The position numbers were made by a program, and so were the translations under genes. Positions 13,001 to 22,202 of a DNA stretch of 64,000 nt are shown here, piece by piece (within the stretch, counting starts at the first letter, position 1; each line of letters begins with the position of its first letter). The stretch covers positions 343,503-407,502 of the forward strand of contig CAJFCJ010000031.1 in the NCBI GenBank assembly GCA_904063045.1, written 5' to 3'. This stretch comes from Dimorphilus gyrociliatus. Its lineage: Eukaryota; Animalia; Annelida. The notes under the pieces were generated by a model. The model was not told the origin of the DNA. It did not search any database and saw nothing but the letters and a program-made list of their open reading frames with translations.

Positions 13001-13375
13001 GAGAAAATGTTTATATTGGGGAAAATAAGTCAATTTTTTCCCCCTAATTATTCATCAAGTAGCGCGTACTTGATACTAATTTGTATTTACTTTATGCAAA
13101 AAAACAGTTTAAATTCAAATAAGCACGATAATGCGAGTAAGTAAACACAAAACTAAATGGTGAACAGTAGAAAATTTATAGTAGCAGTTATATTGTAAAG
13201 TTTATTAGTATAGTACAGTAAAAAATTATTTAATAAATTTTTGGCTTATGGTTATTTTTTTATGTTTATTTAAAACTTTCAATATTTCTTATCTATTTTT
13301 TTTTTAAATTAATAGTAAATAGTACATTAGTTCCTTATTGTTTTCTTTTTCTTGAAACACAGTACCCGTCTCTAA
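10001..13375 (+). CDS. USH1C: Harmonin/USH1C orthologue (N-domain, PDZ1, PDZ2, linker, PDZ3, C-terminal PDZ-binding motif), about 562 aa
   Basis: Exons 10001-10045, 10132-10199, 10268-10351, 10462-10772, 10853-10877, 10937-10991, 11053-11126, 11199-11424, 11488-11613, 11686-11757, 11820-11903, 11983-12071, 12236-12309 (tentative), 12516-12541, 12606-12860, 12931-12992, 13363-13375. The N-domain ERDELYNYLNIY..LIINLCKVVNCPEKLDVFNLIRPYV aligns with harmonin [57 protein letters not shown] aligns with [20 protein letters not shown], and FTNEEISGRHV with FTPEQIMGKDV. The protein ends EITRL*. Confidence 0.88.
12105..12130. repeat. (TA)13 microsatellite in a harmonin intron
   Basis: Direct reading. 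Confidence 0.95.
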
Positions 13376-13939
13376 CATAGATGATTATTGCAAAACAATG
13401 GAGAATTATAAGAATGAAAGTACAGATTCGGATATTCCAATAACTATAATATGAAAATGTACCTATATTTGATAAGGGAAAAAATTGTCGATAATTTAGT
13501 TACTTTTTTAAGCAGTAGATGGAGTTATTTTGTCTCTTTTGCACTAGTTTCCATAACAAAATACAAATTTAAGCCTATAAAAACCAATAAGTAACATTTG
13601 TTACAGTTGCTTCGTATAATTTTGCAGTTGTCTGCTAGGACTTTCTTCCTTTTATTTTTCTTGTTTATCAACAAACGACGTTTGTTTACGAGTCCTTTTT
13701 CATCCGTAACGGTTGTGCTATTATTGATTTTCTATAAGCCATTGATAAAGCACGCTTATCAATAATACTGTCTCTACTATGGAGAGATGAAGTAGTTTAT
13801 AACTTGCTTTTCATTCTTATCGGTATTATCGGTGGCGTTAAATTTATATTGATACTGGAGGTTTGAGGTATTCTTTTTATTTAATTATGAAATAAGTCGG
13901 TGGAAAAGATAGTGGAAAACATAAAGAAGATCGAAAAAA

Positions 13940-15602
13940 ATGGTGGACCGTTTACAGCAACCAGAGGAACGTCAAGCGGGTATCAGGAAAAATGTATATC
14001 GAAACATGGCCGTTTTGACCTCATCTTTTTTTTGTGTATATATATCTTATATGTCATTGGAGAGTCTACAAAGCTCTTTAAATTTCGAGAATGGTTTGGG
14101 AACAACCTGTGTCGCCATCATATATGGTGTTCTGATAGTATCATCGTTCTTAGCACCACCCTTTATTGAAAGATTCGGAGTAAGGAATGTACTATTATGT
14201 GGCTGGTTTTGTCACACGCTGTTTATATTGGCTAACATGTGGCCTCATTGGGCAACTCTAATTCCAGCCAGTATTCTAGTTGGTGTGGCTTCTGGTTTTA
14301 TATGGGTTGCTCAAGGATCTTATGTTTCAAGATTAGGAGTTCGTCTATCGGAAGCCTCATCCCTGGCCAGTGAACCGGCTATGGGGCGTCTATTCGCTGC
14401 TTTCTCTGCTGTTTTGGCACTTATGCGTTTATTTGGTTATGTTCTTTCTTCACTAATCCTTTACAGCCATAAATCGAATGAAAATTTGGACGTAAATGGA
14501 ACAACAACTCCCCGACCAATATTGAAATGTGGAGCATTACACTGTCCGATGGAACAAACTGATCATTTCGAAAAGCCCCCAAAAAGAATTAAATACATCT
14601 TATTAGGCATCTATCTAGCCTTTAATATTCTAGGAATATTCATAATCCTTGCTCTGCAGAATATTGGTGAGCAAAGGGAAAACCGTCAATCGCCGGCATC
14701 CTTTGGTTCAGCTTTTAAGAAAAAGCTGAAGAGAACTCTACTACTCTTTCGAAAGCCTTTAATGTCAGCGTTGTTATGTATTACAGTTGTTAATGCCCTA
14801 AATGAGGCCACACTACATTCCTCTTTTACCCAATCATTTGTTATATGCACTCATGGCGTTAAGATGGTTGGTTTAGTCCTATTGGTAACCTGCACAGTTT
14901 ATCTAGTCACCAGTCTGATAGTTGGATGGGTAGTTCGTTATATACCATCCTCTGTGATGGTTTTCGTTGGCTTTTGTGTTTTAGCTGCTTTTGCTTTGAC
15001 TGGTCTATTTCTACAAACTGGACCTGAAATGTTTAGTTCGCTTCTACTTCTATCTGCCTCCATTGGTGCAGCTTTGGGCATCCTACTTCCGGCTAAACAA
15101 AGTTTGTACTCTTTTTTTCATTAACTATTAGCAGATTTCTTCCGTTTCCTTTTAAATCCGTTTTTTTTGTCTTTATTCTTGTCTTTCTTTATATTTTCTT
15201 GCCATAGCTTCTCCATATATCTAATTGGAAAAAGATTTTGAAACCTATTCTTAAAACTCTATATATTCTCCTCTTTTTTATTTTTAAACAGCATTGGCCG
15301 GATTTTGGTTCAAGGATAGAAAAACTGAAGCTTACGGTTTAGAACAATCGTTCAATGCATTAGTTCAGTGCATCGCCTACGCTTATTCCAGATATTTATG
15401 CATCAGGGTGAAATTTTATATCTTCCTTGGTTTCTTATTGATCGCTTTTGTGATCTACACAATTCAAGTTATACGTAAGAAGGCGTTAACCCTAACAACC
15501 CAAAATAATAATTTAGACACTACTGAAATGAGGAGATCCAGATCGTTATCGGCCAGAGAGAATAGTGAAGCCAGTGAAGCACTAGTCCCTATGGACAGAT
15601 AA
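13940..15602 (+). CDS. UNC-93-like (UNC93A-type) MFS membrane protein, about 490 aa, exons 13940-15101 and 15292-15602
   Basis: RNMAVLTSSFFCVYISYMSLESLQSSLNFENGLG, WATLIPASILVGVASGFIWVAQGSYV, CGALHCP and the C-terminal YLCIRVKFYI match UNC93A-type motifs. A phase-1 intron (gtttgt..aacag) joins the two ORF-track ORFs. Confidence 0.88.
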
Positions 15603-16329
15603 AAAGAAGAATGGCAAAGCCACTAATTATCAATCAGATTTTCTTACTCTTTATGAAATTAGAATTAAAAAGAAAATGAAAAAAAAGGACAAATCGAAAA
15701 TTGTTATTTATATTTTATAAATTGGGTTTTTCTTTTTTTTCCTCTTCAATATTAAATCTTTTATGAAGATGCTAAAGAAAGGGCGTGTTGTAAAGAGGAC
15801 AGGGAGAGAGAGAGGGATATCTCTGTCAAAAAAAAAGAAAAAAAAAGGACATATATATTCTTTTATAACTGGAGTTACTTTGCTTTTCTTTGTCACTGCA
15901 TTTTTCATATATATATATATATATATATTTTTTTTTTCCATGAAAGAGCGTTCCGATTCGTTCCGATTATGAACATATTAAAATACTGTTGTGTAATATC
16001 AATCTATTGAATTGTTACTTTAAAAAGTCTTGGATTATTTTCTTTCTTTTCTTTTTGCTCAAAATCGTTTTTTCCCTATCCCTTAAATATTTTTCATCTG
16101 TTCATCTACCTTATCATTGTTTCCAGTTTTTAGGTTAGTCTTTCTGGTTTTTAACGAGTTTTTATTTAAAAAAATAAAGATTGATATATATATATATAGA
16201 TATATTTATTAAACATCATCCTTTATTTGGTACAATAATGAGTTGTTTTTAAATAAGAAGATTTTACTCATCCAAGTGAAGGAACTCAATAGGTAGCTAC
16301 ATTAAAAACATATAGAACCCCTCGCTGTC

Positions 16330-16337
16330 TATAAAAG
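16330..16337 (+). promoter_or_regulatory. Candidate TATA box of the lectin-ITIH fusion gene
   Basis: TATAAAAG in a locally GC-richer context (ctcgctgtcTATAAAAGcgggcagg), about 120 nt upstream of ATG 16451. Confidence 0.45.
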
Positions 16338-16450
16338 CGGGCAGGTATTAACGGTGAGGTTCACTTTACGAATTTTGGCAATTGGAGGAAGACCACTTGT
16401 TGGTTGTTTGACTTTTTTAAACATTTTTTTGTTGGGAAAAAGTATTAATA

Positions 16451-17769
16451 ATGGTTTCGTTGAAATTTCTGTTAGGTTTCGTCTTTTTAATAGGAGGTAA
16501 GTTATGAATATAATACAAATTTATCTATTTGGAAACCTTATTAATATTCCCCCCTTTCGAATGTACAGTCGTTGGAAGTGAAAGCCTAAAATGCCCTCAA
16601 TATTACCAAGAAGTAGAGGGTGGTTGTTTCAGAATTGTGTATATTAAAGAGGTACGAATTTTGAATGACTCCATTTTTCATTTATTTTTTTTTATTGTAA
16701 TAAAAATAATTAAACGACCAAAAATATTTAGGGAGGAACAATCGTAAATAATAGAGAGACGGCTACACAGTTTTGTAAGTTGGCGTTTTTTGATTCGGTA
16801 TCTCAAATGCAGAATGTTGAGTCAATTGTTCGAAGTTCACATGCCGAAAAATTTACTTCGGTTGATCATTTATCTTTCTGGTTTGGTATGTCGAAACATG
16901 GCAACCATTGGAAATGGGAGCGTTTCGGGAACGAGACAATGATATTTGATCAAATGATGTATGGCATTATATATGGTCGAGTATTTCCATCTTGTCTAGA
17001 TTATACACAGGCAACGTTGAACATTTATCAAATTGTTGAAACTCAAATTATGACGACAAGTAATAATGCTACCGCCGATGGTTTAATATGTAGAGCCGAT
17101 TATGAAAAAGGCCCTGAAAATGTTATTGAAGGCGATCCGCATATAATTCAAAAGTTGTTGAAGAGTGAGGAGAAGTTTTGTTATGATCTTATTGGCAAGT
17201 CTGGTGATGTTTTTACATTAATTGATGATAGAGCATCGGAAGCAACTGTAATGGCCGAATTAAAAGACGATTATTATTTTCATAAAGTTATACTAATTAG
17301 CGGAAAAGATAGAATTGTTATCTCTGCCGATTACGGGGTTGTTGGTGAAAAGAAGATGAGCTGGTCGGCGGGAGATGGTATGAAATTGTTTAAAAAAGGG
17401 ATTGCCATTGCGAAAAAAGATTCGCTATTCTATGTGCTTTTGGGTGTAAACGACTTGTATGGTATTAAGATAGTAAGAAAGCAAAAGGATTGGGGCTACT
17501 ACATTGACGTCTTGTTCGATCAAAGAAAGGGAATTCAAAATATTAATTCACTATCTGGTGGTTTGTTTGGTTGGGTTCAGAGTGGCGACTACGAATTTAA
17601 TTTTCCAGTTCAAAGTCATACAGAGGGTAAAAAGCTTCGAGGATCTATTCAAGTACGAGGTAAACTTTTCGACGCTTTCTACATAATCGGCTTGGATGGA
17701 AAACCGTGTTGGTCTCTTCCAATCGACCATATCCTATATCCAAGAAATTCTAATCACTTTCGCCTGTAA
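16451..17769 (+). CDS. Secreted protein: signal peptide, C-type-lectin-like domain, then ITI heavy-chain C-terminal (GDPH) domain, about 388 aa
   Basis: Exons 16451-16496, 16569-16651, 16732-17769; total 1167 nt with consistent phases. Signal MVSLKFLLGFVFLIGVVGS. CTLD pattern CP..GGCF..ATQFC..SFWFGM..HWKW..SCL..GLICR. Then VIEGDPHIIQKL..FCYDLIGKSGDVFTLIDD, like ITIH VDGDPHFIIQ..LCFNIDE.PG.VL.LIQD; GGLFG like ITIH HGLLGQF; and a terminal PCW. Confidence 0.8.
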
Positions 17770-18985
17770 CTACTAGAATTACATCTGTAGAAACAATGCT
17801 ATTTGCATATATATAAATAAATATATATGTTCATATATGTATAAAAGAAGTATTATGATATATACATAAAAAAATAGAATACAAGAATTATGATAAAGAG
17901 AATTGATATGAATGTTTGGTATTTTAGGGGATTGCTGCTTGTTGCTCATGCAATTGTATCATAACCAAATGTATCTACCTTGGTTATGCTAAATTAATTG
18001 AATATTTATTTGCACGCATGCGCTTTGAGAGACTTTTCACGGGCTCGTGAAAGGAGCGTGCAACGATTATGACTAGGATTCTATACCGTGCTGTAAACAC
18101 TAAGAGAAAATGTGGTTCAGTTGAATGACGTTTCTCTTTTGAAAGTATAGAATTAGTCTTGTTTTTTTTTTCCCATTTTTATTTATTTATGCGTAATATA
18201 TTGATATTTTAGAGTCCAACTGACGTAGAAACTATACGCTCAAGTAACAAAAATACGTTTCATCTTATTTTTCGTTTTATTGCCATGTTTACGCTTTAAA
18301 ATTAATGCGTCTGCTATTGTTCAAATGAAATGGCGCGATATATCTCTAAATAATACGCCCTAATTTTCTCTTGTTCGTTCTTTTTTGTTAAATCAACTTT
18401 TTATTTGGGCACGTTATCCTTCTAAGGCCTATCTTGTTTAAAAACTTCTTTTATTTTTTCAATGTCACATTGGTCTTTTAAGAAACTCTCCTCTTCTTTT
18501 CACCAATACGCTCTATTTAATTTTTGAATTTATAAAAAGGAAAAGAAGCTTTTTATTTGTTTTCTTTTTTCTGGTTCTTTTATGCGATTTTGTGGTTTTT
18601 GTGTGTATAATTTATAAATATGTGTGTGTATGTGTGTATTAAAAGAATTCAATATATCCGCATAATGAAGAATAATAACATTCTTTCAAGATAAAGAATG
18701 AATAACAACCCAACACTATTGGTAAGAGATAGCGAGAACGTTTAAGGTAGCTGCTCTTACGGACACTGCATTCCGACTATCGAAAAGTATTCTATTTTAT
18801 AAATAAATGAGAAAGGTAGTTCTTATGTTATTCCTCAAGCATCAATAAAGTTGACAATCTTAATTATCGGCTAAATTAAAATTATCTAAAAGATAATGAT
18901 ATATTAAGATTCCTTAAGGCTTTCTTTATCATAAACCCATTAAGAATATCCGGATATAGATGTAGATTTAGATATGTAACGAGGT

Positions 18986-18988
<3 letters not shown>

Positions 18989-19016
<28 letters not shown>
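18989..19016. repeat. (GA)14 microsatellite
   Basis: Direct reading. Confidence 0.95.
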
Positions 19017-19020
<4 letters not shown>

Positions 19021-21485
19021 GGGAAAATACTCACACAGATACAATGCTATAACCTTGAAAAACAAATAAATAAATAAATAAATCTTTAAGAGATAAAATA
19101 AATAAATTTAATACCATTATTGTTAAGGAAGTTTAGAAAAGAAACTAGGAAGAAAGCTATCTTCTAATAGTTGAAGATAGACATATTTTTTGCAATTTAA
19201 AAACGTATGAAAAATAAAAATGATATATAGAATGAAATTTAACAAAATACTTATTTATATAAGGATTTATTTTTATAGTTTAGATTAGGATCAGGGCTAT
19301 ATTTGTAATATGAAATTGAAATTATTATATATGCATATATACAGTATATAAATTTACATACTGTATATGTTACCTTTGTTATAGAAATATATTATAGAAT
19401 ATGTTCAAGGTTGTTAAATTGCTAAATATGAAAGAATAAAAGAGAACTAAGTCAGCACATTGAAATGAAAAAGTCTTTCGTTGAATTTTCCTTTTAAGTT
19501 TATAAAAAGGAACAATATAATCAACCGAGATATTTTGTCTAAAAAGATAATGAACATAGTCATCCTTATCCTTATTCCATATTAGATATAATGGGAAATC
19601 GTTGAAAATAATCGAAATCAGTTGTAATCTTTCGATCAACAGTTAAAAATATGATATAAATGTATGAGAATAAACTAGACAAACAATTAGAATTACGTAA
19701 TAAACAACATTCTCTTGTCCTCTTTCTAGTAAGAGGATAATATCTAGGAAATAAATGTTGATGTTTGCATATGGTATTGGTATATTATATAACCTATTTA
19801 CAAAGGAATCTCTCTGATTCATACGATTTTGCTGTAATTTACCCCTGTTTATCTTTAGAATGTATTTAACAAATGACTTAATAATCTCTACTATTCATAA
19901 TCAATCCAGATAAATATATCATTTTTAAGAAAAGAAGAACAAAAAACCCATTTGAATTTCTTAATAATAATCTAATACCTCGAAACAGGGATTGTTTGGT
20001 ATTTGGATATTTTCTAAAGAAGTAGGCCTGTTTATATGTTAATTCATATGAATATTAATAAGTACGCATGCGCTTACGGATCAGCAACCGAGCTCGTGGA
20101 AGAAACGTGAAATGACTATGACTTGGGTTTTGCCATAATCATTTGGAAAGAAAGCAAGCTTGAATCGCGTTTAACCGCTGAAATTGCAATATCTTATGAA
20201 ATACATTTACCATAAGAAGGTTAATAAAGATTTTGGAAGGCATTTACCTACTTTCAACGGTTGTGTTTACGTTGGAAGACCCGGCTTCTATTGTTAGAAA
20301 CGATTGGAAGATATTCATTCTAAGAAGGCCTACATATCTTTTTGTTTATTATTTGTAGGGTGAGTTTTTAACGATCTGTAATCCATTATCTAATCTAGGT
20401 AGAGATAAGATTTTACTAGAAAGTCGATGTTGTTAATAATCGAATAAGAATTAGACGTTCAGAACTAGATTTTTTTATTATTCTCTTCATAGAAAAACCT
20501 TGTATACATGTTAAATATCACGTGGAATGCGGCTGATCAGCTGATTAGTAAGACGGTGTTATGCTTACGTATATTTTAAAATTATCTTTAAATTGTCTCT
20601 ATTAAAGAAGAAAGGATACTAGTTTCGCATTAATTGAGAGATTAAGATCTATAATTAAATGCTAATTCGTGGAACACGTATTTAATGAGTTAGCGCTAAT
20701 TTTACATTTAAAAAAAAAAGCTGTTAAGGCCGTCCGTTTTTTTTTAGATACTTTTTCTGATAAGAGACATTTTTAAGACATAATATGTATATGATAAGAG
20801 AGAGATATATATATATATAGAGTATATACTCTATAAGCTGAATATGAATGAGGTTAATATCCTTCTTTTGTTCGCCAATCCCTTTTTATTAAAACTGTAA
20901 TGTAAAATTAGAGCTTGAAAGTTTTTAAAAAACTTAAAAATAGTATTAGGTTAGTCCCGCCTTAATCTTTAGAGAGGCCCTTCTTTTTTTTTAGACTTTT
21001 AATCAATTGCACAAGGAAAAACATAACAAAGTACAAAATACTTTGTTTAGTAGGTGGATAAAAAAAAAATAATGTACATATGACAAATTTTAGGATCCGG
21101 TATAAGATTCCTTGTATGTCCCCGATATCATCCGCTATTTACATTGTTTCTGATCAACAAGTTTTATTTTTATATAGGCCAACGCAAATCAAAGTATGAT
21201 AATCTGATAGTTTATTACGTTGTTCTGAAAATTGTTATAAAAAGATTGTAGATACTTCTCCCTTAACATACTTTTATCAGATTCTGCTCGAGACAGACAA
21301 TAACAATACGATAGAAATATTTTAAGATTTAAGATGGACGTTCTTATGTTCAGCCCTTATGTAGGGTTAGTTTATAATTAGTTTACTTATTAATATTCAG
21401 TTGACATAACTATGCATAAATTAGCATATCGATTTAATTAATTCGTTGATTAAATGTGCCTCTTTTGACTTTTTATTACAGGAGA

Positions 21486-22175
21486 ATGGTTAGTTGCGTC
21501 GAATTACCGATTGCTAGCGAAGCAAAGAAGACTCATAATAAATTGTTTGGAAAAATCTTTAGAAATAAACCTGTTGAGGAAGTTCAAAAGAAGAGAGAAC
21601 CGGCTGTCAGGGCACAAAGGCGATGGGTGAGGGTTGTTAAGGACGATCATAATGTTGGCGAGGAAAACACAAATCCGCATGTTATAAGGAAGTTTACTAA
21701 AGATTACGTTGAAAAGCAACAAAGACGAATGCTAGAAGCGCAAGAAAGAATCGAAGATGATGTGTTCAATTCGGAAAAGGAAACAACTGAAAAACAACAA
21801 GAGAGAAACCGTTCAAATTCACTGGATAGGCAACCAACCTTTACGAAAATAGTCAACAGACTTTTCCGTTCAAAATCTGATTCATCCGTCAAAACACAAA
21901 ACCGACACGACCGCCATTCCAAAGAGAGGAAAACTTCCGCCGATAGTTGGACTCAGGGAGTACCGTACAGTTTAGAATCTTGCGTAAATACAATACTAAA
22001 GAAGAGCGGATCACCCGATTCCAGTAACGATGGATCCGGAAAGAAATGTACAAGATTCTGCGAAGAGGTTGAAATTTTAAAATTAGATTACGAAGATTTG
22101 GACAAAAAAGAAATTGTTTCTGAGCCACTACACGACACTTATAAGATGTGCGAAGATGAAGTAAATGAAGAATAA
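21486..22175 (+). CDS. Hydrophilic, probably disordered protein of unknown function (229 aa from ATG 21486)
   Basis: A 690-nt open frame in 70% AT DNA with coding-like composition, preceded by a good acceptor (tttttattacag, ending 21481). The ORF track start at 21456 is a GTG inside the intron. No recognisable domain. Confidence 0.7.
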   Translation: MVSCVELPIASEAKKTHNKLFGKIFRNKPVEEVQKKREPAVRAQRRWVRVVKDDHNVGEENTNPHVIRKFTKDYVEKQQRRMLEAQERIEDDVFNSEKETTEKQQERNRSNSLDRQPTFTKIVNRLFRSKSDSSVKTQNRHDRHSKERKTSADSWTQGVPYSLESCVNTILKKSGSPDSSNDGSGKKCTRFCEEVEILKLDYEDLDKKEIVSEPLHDTYKMCEDEVNEE

Positions 22176-22180
22176 AGAAT

Positions 22181-22202
22181 TATATATATATATATATATA
22201 TA
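22181..22202. repeat. (TA)11 microsatellite directly after the orphan ORF stop
   Basis: Direct reading. Confidence 0.95.

Noticed and set aside
10001-13375. Whirlin, PDZD7 or a generic multi-PDZ call
   Set aside because: The N-terminal domain, the IGxxPVK..W.YV segment after PDZ1 and the FT.E.I.G..V lead-in to PDZ3 match harmonin specifically.
13900-14169. 89-aa ORF overlapping the start of the UNC-93-like gene
   Set aside because: GTG start, no recognisable motif, shifted frame of a well-supported CDS.
17131-17769. VWD domain (mucin/vWF type) after GDPH
   Set aside because: It has only two Cys and the downstream motifs fit the ITIH C-terminal domain better. Still needs an HMM check.
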